From: Trueperaceae bacterium
GTDB lineage: Bacteria > Deinococcota > Deinococci > Deinococcales > Trueperaceae
DNA: 64,000 nt
Reading direction: 5' to 3'
NCBI GenBank assembly: GCA_034521815.1
Contig: JAXHLW010000013.1
Span: 384,001-448,000 of the forward strand
This document shows positions 1-11,653 of this stretch, piece after piece; within the stretch, counting starts at the first letter, position 1; every line of letters starts with the position of its first letter. The notes under the pieces are model-generated. The model was given only the letters and a program-made list of their open reading frames with translations. It did no database searches and was not told where the DNA came from. The translations under genes were made by a program, and so were the position numbers.

Positions 1-433
1 TCCGGTCTCGTGAGCCGTAAGACCACGCTCGCAGGACCCCGAGGGCAGCCTCATCCTGCCGCAGACGATCTCCAAGGAGCCGCTCGGACCGTCCGTCCTG
101 CACGGTGACGACGCCTGGTTCGACGCCGTCAAGTGGATCACCTTCGGCACCTTCGCGGCCGAGGAGTACGGCATCACCTCCGAGAACGTGCGCGAGGTCG
201 CCGAGACGACCGAGAACCCGGCCGTTCAGCCGCTTCCTCGGCGTCGACGGCTGAAGTCGCTCGAGCAGCTCGGCCTCGACGCCGACGCGATGATCGACAT
301 GATCGAGCAGGTCGGCAACTACGGCGAGATCTTCGCTCGCAACCTCGGGCCCGATACCCCGTTCGGCATCGAGCGTGGGCTGAACGCCAGCTACGTCGAC
401 GGTGGCCTGCTGTACAGCCCGCCTTTCCGCTGA
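1..433 (+). CDS. aapJ: General L-amino acid ABC transporter substrate-binding protein (AapJ/BztA/YhdW family), 5'-truncated, with apparent indels
   Basis: Frame from 32 reads DPEGSLILPQTISKEPLGP...WFDAVKW...QVGNYGEIFARNLG...RGLNASYVDGGLLYSPPFR*, the typical AapJ C-terminus. Frame jump near 31 and a compensated shift near 228-252. Confidence 0.85.
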
Positions 434-447
434 GCAGCGCTTCTACT

Positions 448-477
448 CCTGGAGCCGGTCGCGGGACCGGCTCCAGG
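448..477 (+). terminator. Stem-loop after the binding-protein gene (mRNA-stabilising or partial terminator)
   Basis: Perfect 13-bp stem CCTGGAGCCGGTC-gcgg-GACCGGCTCCAGG; no U-tract. Confidence 0.55.
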
Positions 478-657
478 GCGTCGCCGTGTCGCGGCGCCTG
501 GCCTCGATCTGTGAGCCGTCCTTCGCGACGGGCGTCGCACGCAGCGGACCCTCCATCTTGATGAACGTCACGATCGATCTCATCCCGCAGCGGCTCCGAA
601 CCCGGACCGAAGGCCGCTTCGAATCGGACGCCTCGCCGGAGGCTGCGAAGGTCGTAC

Positions 658-2497
658 GTGGATCGGCCTGAGGCGCTGAACGCGAATCCCCTTCTGGCGG
701 AACGTCAAGACGATCGGCCTGCTCGCTCAGATCGTGTTCGCGGCCGTCGTCATCGCCGGTGTCGTCGTGCTCTGGACGAACGTCACGACTGCGCTCTCGC
801 GGTCGAACCTGCCGGCCGACTTCGGCTTCCTGGACGCGCGCGCCGGCATCCCCATCGCCGAGCGGCCGATCCCGTACACGCCCCAGGACCCGTACTGGCG
901 CGCGCTGCTCATCGGCGTCCTCAACACGCTCAAGGTGTCGCTCGTCGGGGTGCTGCTCGCCAGCGTGCTCGGGCGTGGCGGTCGGCGTCGGCCGGCTGAG
1001 CCGCAACTGGCTGCTGCGGCAGATCGCCGACCTGGTACGTGGAGATCCTCCGCAACACGCCGCTGGCCGTGCAGATCATCTTCTGGTTCACCGCGGCGCT
1101 GGCCACGCTGCCGCCGACCATCACCGCGCCGCTCAGACTGCCCGGCGGCGTGTACCTCTCCAACCGCGGACTCGCCTTCCCGTTCGCCTATCCAGGGTTC
1201 GGGTTCGACGCCTGGCTTCCCTGGCTGATCGCCGCGCTCGTCGCGTACGTGGTCGTGATGATCGTTCAGCGCCGCCGCATCGCGCGGTCCGATCGGCCCG
1301 GGCGCGCCTGGCCGCTCGCGCTCCTCGTGCCGTCGGTGGCGCTGGCCGGCGGCGGCTACTACGTGGCGTCGTCGCTGGCGTCGGCACCGCCCGAGGCGCT
1401 CGCGGTCGAGCTGACCCTCGACCGGGGTCGCGGCGTCACGTTCCGCGACGTGAACGGCGACGGGGCGCAGGACCGGGGCGAGCGGAACGTCGGTCACGTG
1501 CCGCTGACCATCCGCATCGAGGAGGGCCTGCTCGAGGCCCGCAGCCAGAACCTCGTCGAGCAGCGACGCGTCAAGGCCAGCACGCTGCGCTTCCCGATCC
1601 TGGAGCAGGGCGAATTCGCCGCGGCCGAGCTGCCGCTTCGTGAACGAGGCGGACGCCGAGCGCTTCGACGTCCACTGGCTCCACGAGCCGACGACCGGTC
1701 GCCTGTACGTGGACCGCAACGGCGACGGCGACTGGGACGCTGGCGAAGAGGTCGGCGAGGACGGCGAGGGATTCACGAACGTCCGGACCGAGCTGGTCGT
1801 GACCGGGTTCGAGCGCCGGGTCGTCTCGGACCGTGACGGCGAGTTCCGCATCCCGGGCTTCGAGCCGCTCGGCGCCTCCGATGCCGTGGGCGACGAGGCC
1901 GAGGAAGAGCGGAGGGGCTTCGGCGTTCGGTCCCGCCTCGTTGTTCGGCGCTCCCGGCGCCTCGGACGACGACGCGGACGCGGACGCTGCGACCCTCGAC
2001 GCCACGGTGACCGTCCGCGGTTCTGGTGACCGCTGGTCTGGAGCACGCCGACGATTCCGGTGTCGAACTACGCGGGCGGCTTCCGCTTCACGCCCAGCTA
2101 CCTGGCGCTGCTGCTGGCGCTGGTGGTCTACACGTCGAGCTTCATCGCCGAGATCGTCCGCGGGGGCATCCAAGCCGTGCCCAACGGTCAGACCGAGGCG
2201 GCCTCGGCGCTGGGCCTGTCGAGCTCGCAGACGTTCAGTCTGATCGTGTTCCCGCAGGCCGTCCGCATCATCCTTCCGCCCATGATCAGTCAGTACCTGA
2301 ACCTGACGAAGAACTCGTCGCTGGGGCCGCTGGCCGCCTACGGCGAGATCTTCGCGATCAGCACGATCGTCGCGAACCAGACCGGCGCCAGCGTTCCCGT
2401 GACGCTGCTGATCATCGGCTCGTACCTGGTGATCAGCTTCGTGTTCGCGTTCGTCCTCAACATCGTGAACGCCCGCATGGCGATCGTGGAGCGCTGA
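658..2497 (+). CDS. aapQ: Amino acid ABC transporter permease (AapQ/BztB family) with a large extracytoplasmic insertion; multiple frameshifts
   Basis: Segments in different frames: RIPFWRNVKTIGLLAQ, FGFLDARAGIPI, RALLIGVLNTLKVS, VEILRNTPLAVQIIFW, YLSNRGLAFP, and ALVVYTSSFIAEIVRGGIQAVPNGQTEAASALGL (EAA loop)...PQAVRIILPPMISQYLNLTKNSSL. Start GTG at 658 is inferred. Confidence 0.8.
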
Positions 2498-2498
2498 C

Positions 2499-3740
2499 AT
2501 GGAGATGATCCCGTCAGACTTCCGCCGGCGCGCGAGCGCGGCGCCGGTGGCGTGGCTGCGCCGCAACCTGTTCCACGGCCCGGTCAACACCGATCGTCAG
2601 CCTCGTCGTGGGCGCGCTGTTGGTGTACGCCATCTTCGGCCTCGTTCGCTGGATCGTGCTGGGCGGCGCGGCCTGGACGCCCGATGTGGGACAACCTGAA
2701 GCTGCTGGCCGTGTACCGCTACCCCGCCGACCTGCTCTGGCGCCCTATCCTGGCGGTGGGCGTGATCCTGCTACTGCTGGGCCTCGGCGCAGGCCTGTCG
2801 AAGCGGGCGGGGAAGGGCATCATCGCCGGCGGCGTGTTCTGGTGGTTCTCGGGCCTCGGGTTCGTCATCACGCTTGGTGGCCATGGCGTTCTGGCCCTCG
2901 GTGCGCGTGCCGTGGATGATCGTGAGCGGCATGGCGCTCGCCGGCTTCGGATACGTCGCCGGTCTGCGCTTGCCTCGGTCTCGTCCGGGCCCAGGCGTGG
3001 TCGTGGGCGGTCGGCCTGCCGGTCGTGATGATCCTTCTCTACGGCCTCGGCGGAAGCGGGCCGATGGAGGTCGTGAGCACCGTCGAATGGGGCGGGTTCC
3101 TTCTCACCCTGGTGCTCGCCGGCGTCGGGATCGCCGTGTCGTTCCCGCTGGGCATCGCGCTGGCGCTGGGGCGCCGGAGCGACCTGCCGGCGATCAAGTG
3201 GTTCTGCATCGCCGTGATCGAGCTCGTCCGGGGCGCTCCACTGATCACCTGGCTGTTCATCGCGTCGCTGATGGTGCCGCTGCTGCTGGACGTCAGCCCC
3301 GACAGCGATCCCGGCGCTCTCGCGCGCGCTGGTCGCGATCACCCTGTTCAGCTCGGCGTACATGGCCGAGAACGTGCGCGGAGGCTTGCAGTCCGTTCCC
3401 GGCGGTCAGGGCGAGGCCGCCCGCGCCCTGGGCCTGTCCGGCTGGCAGACCACCCGACTGATCGTGCTTGCCCCAGGCGCTGCGCGCCGTGATCCCCGCC
3501 ATCGTCGGGCAGTCCATCGGGTTGTTCAAGGACACGTCGCTCGTGTTCATCGTCGGCCTGTTCGACTTCTTCGAGATCGGCCGGCGCGTGATCCCCAGCC
3601 AGCCCGACTCGCTGCAGTACGCTGGCGGCGTGTTGCTCGAGGTCTCGCTGTTCATGGCCGCCGTATACTGGTTCTTCTGCTACCGTATGTCGATGGCCAG
3701 CAGGCAGCTCGAGAAGGAACTCGGGGTCGGCGAACGCTGA
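2499..3740 (+). CDS. aapM: Amino acid ABC transporter permease (AapM/BztC family); multiple frameshifts
   Basis: [33 protein letters not shown]...[20 protein letters not shown]...[63 protein letters not shown]; split across frames. Confidence 0.8.
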
Positions 3741-3775
3741 CCCGCATCAGGGCGGTCCCGCCCGAGGAGGTACCC

Positions 3776-4558
3776 GTGACCGAAACCGCGACGATCCCCC
3801 GGGCGGAAGCCCACGCACCCGAAGGCGGCGAGAGGATCATCGAGATCGACGGCCTGAACAAGTGGTTCGGCGACTTCCACGTGCTCAAGGACATCGACAT
3901 GTCGGTGAACCGCGGCGAGGTGGTCGTCGTGATCGGTCCGTCCGGATCGGGCAAGTCCACCCTGATCCGCTGCATCAACCGCCTCGAGGAGCATCAGGAA
4001 GGCATGATCGCGGTGGACGGCACGCAACTGACCGACGACGTCCGCAACATCGACCTGATCCGCCGCGAGACCGGGATGGTGTTCCAGCAGTTCAACCTGT
4101 TCCCGCACCTGACGGTCATGGACAACATCACTCTGGCGCCCATCCGGGTGCGCAAGTGGAAGAAGTCGAAGGCCGAAGAGCGCGCGATGTACTTCCTCGA
4201 GAAGGTCGGCATCCCCGAGCAGGCGCAGAAGTACCCCGGCCAGCTGTCCGGAGGTCAGCAGCAGCGCGTCGCCATCGCGCGGGCATTGACGATGGAGCCG
4301 AAGGTGATGCTGTTCGACGAGCCGACCAGCGCCCTCGATCCCGAGGTGATCGGCGAGGTGCTCGAGGTGATGGTGAACCTCGCCAAGGAGGGGATGACGA
4401 TGGTGGTCGTCACCCACGAGATGGGGTTCGCTCGCGAGGTGGGTGACCGGGTGATCTTCATGGACGCCGGTCAGATCGTCGAGGTCGGCACGCCCGAGCA
4501 CTTCTTCCAGGATCCCAGCGAGGAGCGCACCCGCGAGTTCCTGTCCAAGATCCTCTGA
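3776..4558 (+). CDS. aapP: Amino acid ABC transporter ATP-binding protein (AapP/GlnQ family)
   Basis: Walker [10 protein letters not shown], signature LSGGQQQR, Walker [15 protein letters not shown] at 3776 follows SD GAGGAGG. Confidence 0.92.
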   Translation: MTETATIPRAEAHAPEGGERIIEIDGLNKWFGDFHVLKDIDMSVNRGEVVVVIGPSGSGKSTLIRCINRLEEHQEGMIAVDGTQLTDDVRNIDLIRRETGMVFQQFNLFPHLTVMDNITLAPIRVRKWKKSKAEERAMYFLEKVGIPEQAQKYPGQLSGGQQQRVAIARALTMEPKVMLFDEPTSALDPEVIGEVLEVMVNLAKEGMTMVVVTHEMGFAREVGDRVIFMDAGQIVEVGTPEHFFQDPSEERTREFLSKIL

Positions 4559-4649
4559 TCCAAGATCCTTCGAGGCGCGATGTCTCACAGCCTGGGAGCC
4601 CGTCGCGGGCCTATGCTGGGGCCGAACGACGCTTCCTAGGAGGACGACC

Positions 4650-5807
<1,158 letters not shown>

Positions 5808-5833
5808 CCGGATCCCGCCGTCCGACGAGGACC

Positions 5834-7189
5834 TCAGCTCCAGGACGGAACGCCCGGCGTCCACGGCTTGGCGCGCACCACCGCGCCGCGCAGATCGTAC
5901 GCGCCGGCCTCGTCGATCCGAACGACGACGCGGTCGCCGATCTTCGCCGTTCCGTCGCCCACGGCGGTGACCGTGCCGTCGACGTCGGGAGCGTCGTACA
6001 CGCTTCGTCCGACGACCTCCCCGGGAAGCTCGCCGTAGGCGTCGATGATCACGTCCAGCTCGCGGCCCATCTTGGCCGCCTGAATCGAGGCCGAGACCCG
6101 CTGCTGCGCCGCCATGACGCGCTCCCGACGCTCAAAGCGAAGCGCTTCGGGGACGGCGCCCGGAAGATCGTTCGCAGCGGCGCCCGCGACCTCGCTGTAC
6201 GCGAACACGCCCACCCGGTCGAGCCTGGCCTCGCGCAGGAACGCGATCAGCAGCTCGACGTCCTCCTCGGTCTCGCCGGGGAAGCCGGTGATGAACGTCG
6301 ACCGGATCGCCAGGTCGGGACGGACCGAGCGCCACGCCTGGATCGTGTCCAGGTGGCTCTCGGCGCCGCCGGGTCGGCGCATCGCGCGCAGCACGCGGGG
6401 GCTGGCGTGCTGCAGCGGCACGTCGAGGTAGGGGAGCAGCGCCCCTTCGGCCATGAGCGCGACGAGCTCCTGCACGTGAGGATAGGGGTAGACGTAGTGC
6501 AGCCGCAGCCACACGTCCAGCTTCGCCAGCTCGCCGACCAGCGGCACCAGACGGGCGGCCACGTCGCGGTCCGCGAAGCGGCTCTCGCGGTGGCGCAGAT
6601 CGGTGCCGTAGGCGCTGGTGTTCTGCGCGATGACGACCAGCTCCCGAGTGCCCGTGGCCACCAGCCGGGTCGCCTCGCTCAGGACGTCGGCCGCGTCCCG
6701 GCTCCGCTGCAGGCCACGCATCTGCGGGATGATGCAGAACGCGCAGGTGTGATCGCACCCCTCGGCGATCTTCAGGTAAGCGTAGTGCCGGGGCGTCAGC
6801 TTGACGCCGCGGGGCGGCGGCGCCAAGCGAACGAACGGGTGGCGCTCGGGCGGCAGCAGCTCGCCCACCGCACGCATCACGCCGTCCACGTCGCCTTCTC
6901 CCGTCACCGCGGACACCTGCGGATGGCGTTCGCGGATCGTGTCCGGCTTCTCGCCCAGGCAGCCGGTGACGACCACCCGGCCGGTCCGGTCGAGCGCCTC
7001 GCCGATGGCGTCCAGCGACTCCTCGACCGCCGGCGTGATGAAGCCGCAGGTGTTCACCACCACGACCTCCGCGTCCTCGTAGCTCGGAACCAGCTCGTAG
7101 CCGGCGGTGCGGAGCTCCGTCAGGATGCGCTCGCTGTCGACGAGAGCCTTCGGGCATCCCAGGCTCACGAATCCGATCTTTCCGCTCAC
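5834..7189 (-). CDS. rimO: Ribosomal protein S12 methylthiotransferase
   Basis: SLGCPKALVDSE, NTCGFI, radical SAM motif CDHTCAFC, C-terminal TRAM domain with DAPDVDG. Confidence 0.95.
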   Translation of the reverse strand: MSGKIGFVSLGCPKALVDSERILTELRTAGYELVPSYEDAEVVVVNTCGFITPAVEESLDAIGEALDRTGRVVVTGCLGEKPDTIRERHPQVSAVTGEGDVDGVMRAVGELLPPERHPFVRLAPPPRGVKLTPRHYAYLKIAEGCDHTCAFCIIPQMRGLQRSRDAADVLSEATRLVATGTRELVVIAQNTSAYGTDLRHRESRFADRDVAARLVPLVGELAKLDVWLRLHYVYPYPHVQELVALMAEGALLPYLDVPLQHASPRVLRAMRRPGGAESHLDTIQAWRSVRPDLAIRSTFITGFPGETEEDVELLIAFLREARLDRVGVFAYSEVAGAAANDLPGAVPEALRFERRERVMAAQQRVSASIQAAKMGRELDVIIDAYGELPGEVVGRSVYDAPDVDGTVTAVGDGTAKIGDRVVVRIDEAGAYDLRGAVVRAKPWTPGVPSWS

Positions 7190-8448
7190 GAGATCGGATC
7201 ATACCGCGGTGCCCGCTCGCGCCGGGTGGCGTCGGAGCGGCGTCGCAGCGTCGACCTGAGCCGGCCTGCCAGGTAGAACGAGCCGGTCACGATCAGCGTG
7301 CCATCCGGCGGCAGCGCGTCCAGCGCAGCGGCCAGCGCGACCTCGGCGTCGGCGACGAACGCCGGATCGTCGCCCCAGGGACGCTCACCCGAGATCGCAG
7401 CGGTGAGCGTCGTTCGCGGCGCATGCGCGAACACGGCCCGGATCCGTTCGGCGTCCTTGCGACGCGCGACGCCCAGCAGCAGGTGCGCACCCGCCGGCGC
7501 CTCGGCCGCCAGCGCGAGCGCTGCCGACGGGTTGTGGGCGCCGTCCAGGAGCACGCTGCGGCCACGGTCCAGCATGAAGCGCTCACGCCGGGCGGGCAGC
7601 CGCGGGTCGTCGACGGCGGCGCGCAGCGCGCGCCGCTCGGGCTCGGGACCGAGCCTGAGCGACCGCAGTGTCGCCAGCGCCAGCCTGGCGCCGACGTCGC
7701 GGGTTCCGGCGGACGCAGCAGGCGCCCCCTCGGGCCGGTCGAACGCCGGACCTCCGTCGGACAGCACGTGAAGGGGCGAGCCCCGCCGCGCCGCGACCGT
7801 GCGAACGACGGCCAGCGGCGTGCCGGTCGCACCGGTGACGACGGGAACGCCCGGTCGGATCGCCTCCGCCTTGTCGCGGGCGACGTCGACCAGGTCGGGG
7901 CCGAGCTGGTCCAGATGGTCCTCGGCCACGTTCGTGATCACCGTGGCGCGCACGTTCGAGATCGCGAGCGTGGCGTCCCTGGCGGCGCCGACGCCGGCCT
8001 CCAGCACGGCCCAATCGGCGCCGCGTCGGTGCGCCACGTCCAAAGCCATGGCGGTCGCGAGCTCGAAGAACGCCGCCGGAGGATCCGGCTCGTCGCGCCA
8101 CGCGCGCGCCAGGAACGAAAGCAGCTCGTCGTCGCGCAGCGGCTCGCCCGCCACCTCGATGCGCTCGTGGAACCGTTCGACGTGCGGCGACAGGTAGCGG
8201 AGGGGCGTCGCGCCGGCCGCCTGCAGCCCGGCCGCGATCCGGGCCGCCACCGATCCTTTGCCGTTCGTGCCGACGACGTGCACGACGGCGGCGGGATCGG
8301 GCACCCCGAGACGGTCCAGGAGCCTGCGCGTGCGGGCCGGATCGCGCGGCGCGCCGCGCCGAGTCCGGGCGTAGAGGCGATCGAGCGCGGCCTGCACCTC
8401 GCCGTGCGAGCGATCGGCAGCGCGGCCGGGTCGACGCCGGGCCGTCAC
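7186..8448 (-). CDS. folC: Folylpolyglutamate synthase / dihydrofolate synthase
   Basis: VHVVGTNGKGS, SPHV...ERI, FFELAT, VLEAGVG..DAT, LLDGAHNP, TGSFYLAG. Confidence 0.9.
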   Translation of the reverse strand: MTARRRPGRAADRSHGEVQAALDRLYARTRRGAPRDPARTRRLLDRLGVPDPAAVVHVVGTNGKGSVAARIAAGLQAAGATPLRYLSPHVERFHERIEVAGEPLRDDELLSFLARAWRDEPDPPAAFFELATAMALDVAHRRGADWAVLEAGVGAARDATLAISNVRATVITNVAEDHLDQLGPDLVDVARDKAEAIRPGVPVVTGATGTPLAVVRTVAARRGSPLHVLSDGGPAFDRPEGAPAASAGTRDVGARLALATLRSLRLGPEPERRALRAAVDDPRLPARRERFMLDRGRSVLLDGAHNPSAALALAAEAPAGAHLLLGVARRKDAERIRAVFAHAPRTTLTAAISGERPWGDDPAFVADAEVALAAALDALPPDGTLIVTGSFYLAGRLRSTLRRRSDATRRERAPRYDPIS

Positions 8449-9152
8449 CTGTCCTTGCCGGAACGGGAACGCCCGCCGCGACCCCGGCGCCGCCGGCGAC
8501 GCTTGCTGCGCTTCTTGGCGCCGCTAAGGCCCTCCTCGGCGTCCCAGCCCGGAAGCTCGTTCGCCTGGGCGATCTTGACGAGCACGGCGTCGACCAGGCC
8601 GTCCGGCGTGCGTTGCGTGAACTTGAGGATCGCGTGCGGCGACTGGGCGTCCACCCAGATCCAGCTGCCCCCCGGGTGGAGCTGGTAGGCGCGAGCCCGC
8701 TTGGTCCCCAGCTCCGTGGCCAGCTCGACCTCGCCCAACGCCCGCGCCTCGACGACCTTGCCGAGCATCGGGATGCGGATCCGCGGCGCGCCTGGATCGG
8801 CTCGCCGCAGCTCGCGGAGCATCGAGAGCGGATCGCGGAACGATTCCAGGTACGGCGTCTCGGCCAGCTCGTCGCCGCGTCGCATGCGGACCAGGCCGTC
8901 GTCCTCGTCGAACTCGATCCGCGTGCGCCGTTCGCCGCTGCGGTCGTGCGTCGTCTCGCGGAACTCGCGGCTGGTCATCAGGTCCGCGTGGCACCGACTC
9001 AGTTGCAGCACGCGCGCGGGGCCGAGCGGCCCCTCGAACGTCGCGTCGCCCTCCAAGCGGGCGTCCCTACCCTCGTCCTTGCTTCGCAGGACGTGCCGGC
9101 CAGCCGGCACGCCCCGAACTTCCAGGCGGTAGTCGAGAACCTCGACGGACAC
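8445..9152 (-). CDS. Hypothetical protein (DUF3108-like beta-rich) with an Arg/Lys-rich tail
   Basis: Plausible protein VSVEVLDYRLEVRG...DPLSML...KKRSKRRRRRRGRGG. GTG start 6 nt after TACGCT; 4-nt overlap with the folC start. Confidence 0.7.
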   Translation of the reverse strand: MSVEVLDYRLEVRGVPAGRHVLRSKDEGRDARLEGDATFEGPLGPARVLQLSRCHADLMTSREFRETTHDRSGERRTRIEFDEDDGLVRMRRGDELAETPYLESFRDPLSMLRELRRADPGAPRIRIPMLGKVVEARALGEVELATELGTKRARAYQLHPGGSWIWVDAQSPHAILKFTQRTPDGLVDAVLVKIAQANELPGWDAEEGLSGAKKRSKRRRRRRGRGGRSRSGKDR

Positions 9153-9247
9153 GACGGAAGCGTAGCACGACGGGGTTCTCGCCACGTTCCTTCGGGCGGC
9201 GTGCGTCGCGAGCCCGGGCTCGACGCTGGAGGCCTTACGCTGGACGC

Positions 9248-10720
9248 ATGACGAGATTGGATCGGGCCGGCCCTCTGGCGGCCATGCTCGTGGCGCTGAC
9301 GATGCTGTCCGGCTGCCTGCCTCTTCCCGACGTCCGGCCGACCACCGCGCCGCTGGACGTCCTCTGGCGGGTGGCGCCGTCGGACGTCCCGTCGTGGACC
9401 GTCCGCGTCGCCGGCGTGGACGTGCCGTCGACGCCCTCTCGCTACGACGCGCAGACCACGCTGCGCTGGGGTCTGAGCGAGCCCGTGGACACGATCGTGA
9501 TCGCGGTTCCAGGCCTGTTCGGAGGAGCCGCCCAGTTCGGACCGTTGGCCAGGCGCCTGGTGGCCGGCGTGCCCGGATTGCAGGTCTGGGCCGTCGATCG
9601 GCGCGCCAATGCGCTCGAGGACCTCGCTCCCGCCCACGAGGCGTGGGCGCGGAGCGACACGGAGCTCCTGACGCGCACCTACCTCGGCACGGAGGACGCC
9701 GCACCGACCTTCCGCGCCCCGGACCGAGACGCCTTCGCGTTCGTCGCCGACTGGGGGCTGGCGACGCACCTCGCCGATCTCGACGCGGTGGTGCGCGAGG
9801 CGCGAGCCGAGGCGCCTCGCGTCGTCCTGCTGGGGCACTCGCTGGGGGCCAGTCAGGTGGCGTTGTACTCGGCCTGGAAAGGTCCCGAGGGCTCGGGGCG
9901 CCAGCCGATCGACGGTCTGGTGCTCGTCGACGGCGCACCCGGGCGTACCGGGGCGTACGGGTACCCGCGCGGCTTCCGGCTGTTCGGCATTCCCGTGGTG
10001 CTGCCGTCCAGGGAGGCGGTCGAGGAGGGCAGGGCGGCTCCGTGGACGACCCTGGGCGAGGGAGGAGCGACCTACGCCCGGAGGCTCGCCTCGGCGATGC
10101 TGGCCGCGATGGCTCCCGACCAGCCCGCCCCTGCCGCCGCGGGCGACGTGCCGATGACGAACCGGGCGTTCGCCGGCATCGTTCACGACGACCAGTACGG
10201 AGCGTTCCGCGTGCACTCGGCCTCGCTGGGCGAGGCGGTGAACGCCGAGCTGGACGGCAACGTCTTCGCCGTGCTGGTCGGAGGGCTATGGGCCGGCCGG
10301 AGCGGCAGCGTCGTCGGCGTGGCGGAGGGGGCGGAGCGCGTCGACTGGGGTCCTGGCGACCCGCGCTACGAACGGACCGACTTCGCGGAGTACCTGCGGA
10401 TCTGGACCGGACCGGACGTCGACGCCGCGGAGTGGTACGTGCCGACCACACTGCTCTTGGACCTCGCGGCGCTGTCGCCGGATCTCGCGGACGAAGACGA
10501 CTACGTTCCGATGCGCGAGGTCGCGACGCCGACCCTGGCGGTCGGAAGCGACCGAGGGCTGCTGCGCGACGTAGACGCGTTCGGCGGGTACGCCGAGCAG
10601 CGGCTCGGCGCGCCGCTGACGGTGACGATCCTGTCCGGTCTCACCCACGTCGACATCCTCACCGCGCGCGACAACCCGCTGGTACCGCTGTTGGCGCGCT
10701 GGGTGACGTTGCTGCCGTAG
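9248..10720 (+). CDS. Alpha/beta-hydrolase lipoprotein
   Basis: Signal peptide with lipobox LSGC, nucleophile elbow LLGHSLGA, VWAVDRR, C-terminal GLTHVD His. Leaderless TACGCT-6nt-ATG. Confidence 0.8.
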   Translation: MTRLDRAGPLAAMLVALTMLSGCLPLPDVRPTTAPLDVLWRVAPSDVPSWTVRVAGVDVPSTPSRYDAQTTLRWGLSEPVDTIVIAVPGLFGGAAQFGPLARRLVAGVPGLQVWAVDRRANALEDLAPAHEAWARSDTELLTRTYLGTEDAAPTFRAPDRDAFAFVADWGLATHLADLDAVVREARAEAPRVVLLGHSLGASQVALYSAWKGPEGSGRQPIDGLVLVDGAPGRTGAYGYPRGFRLFGIPVVLPSREAVEEGRAAPWTTLGEGGATYARRLASAMLAAMAPDQPAPAAAGDVPMTNRAFAGIVHDDQYGAFRVHSASLGEAVNAELDGNVFAVLVGGLWAGRSGSVVGVAEGAERVDWGPGDPRYERTDFAEYLRIWTGPDVDAAEWYVPTTLLLDLAALSPDLADEDDYVPMREVATPTLAVGSDRGLLRDVDAFGGYAEQRLGAPLTVTILSGLTHVDILTARDNPLVPLLARWVTLLP

Positions 10721-10754
10721 CGGGCGGTCGCTGTCCGGCCCGGCCCGACCGTGG

Positions 10755-11600
10755 TCATCGTCCGACCGTCGCCCGTTCGAGGTGCGGACGCGCCATCCGG
10801 AGCGCCTCGCCGATCGCCTCGCGGATCTGAACGATCCGCTGGGCGCGCGGTCGGGCGCCCGCGTCTTCGAACAGGGCGCGGTGAATCTCGATCGAGACGG
10901 TGGGCACCGCGCCGGCCGGGTCCCACGCACCGTAGCGCCGCTGGATCTCACCGTGCGCGAACGGATCGTTGATCCGCACGCCGTGCGGAACGCCGTCCTG
11001 GCCCAGCGGAAGGCGGGCGGCGAGCGTCGTTTCCAGCGCCGACGCGAGGGCGCGCGCCGCAGCGCCGGGAAGGCTGACGGGGCCGTCCTCCGGCTCGCCG
11101 TCCGGACCCCCACCGGTGATGAGCGACGCGGCCGGACGCGGCCGCCCCGCGTCCGGGCCCAGGGCGGGGCCGTCCGCCACCATGCTGTGCCCGTCGACGA
11201 CGGCGAGGGGACGCTCGCGCTGGAGCTCGCGCCGAACCTGAGCGTGGAACGGATCGTAGTAGCGGCGCAGCCGTTCCTCGATCCGCTCCCCGTCCGGCTC
11301 GCCGCCCGCTGGGTAGAGCGGACGCTTGGCGAAGTCGGTGGTCTTCACGACGCCGTTCGGACCGACGTCGTCGCGAGCGCGATTCAGGTCCACCACGAAC
11401 CTCGACACCGTGGCCGTCACGAAGCGTGCGCCCGGCAGCCGGAACAGCTCGTCGGTGCTCGGGTCGCCGTCGCGCCTGAGCCGCTCCAGCAGGTCCGAGC
11501 GCGTCGCGTCGTCGTGAACGTCGTCGCCGAGCATCTCCGCGAGAATCTCGAGCGGCACGGTCGCAGCGTGGTGCGGAACGGTGATCAGGAGGTCGCGCAT
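10755..11600 (-). CDS. N-formylglutamate amidohydrolase family protein
   Basis: ITVPH, DPSTDELF, SRFVVDLNR, RYYDPFH, VVDGHSM, INDPF, IEIHRALF. Confidence 0.85.
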   Translation of the reverse strand: MRDLLITVPHHAATVPLEILAEMLGDDVHDDATRSDLLERLRRDGDPSTDELFRLPGARFVTATVSRFVVDLNRARDDVGPNGVVKTTDFAKRPLYPAGGEPDGERIEERLRRYYDPFHAQVRRELQRERPLAVVDGHSMVADGPALGPDAGRPRPAASLITGGGPDGEPEDGPVSLPGAAARALASALETTLAARLPLGQDGVPHGVRINDPFAHGEIQRRYGAWDPAGAVPTVSIEIHRALFEDAGARPRAQRIVQIREAIGEALRMARPHLERATVGR

Positions 11601-11653
11601 GCGCCAGCCTACCGGGCAGGGCGCGCGCTGGGGTCGGTCGGGTACGCTGTCGC

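Noticed and set aside
658..3740. Programmed frameshifting or true pseudogenes in aapQ/aapM
   Set aside because: Too many scattered single-base indels with no slippery sites, intact motifs, and restriction to the window edge; sequencing error is more parsimonious.
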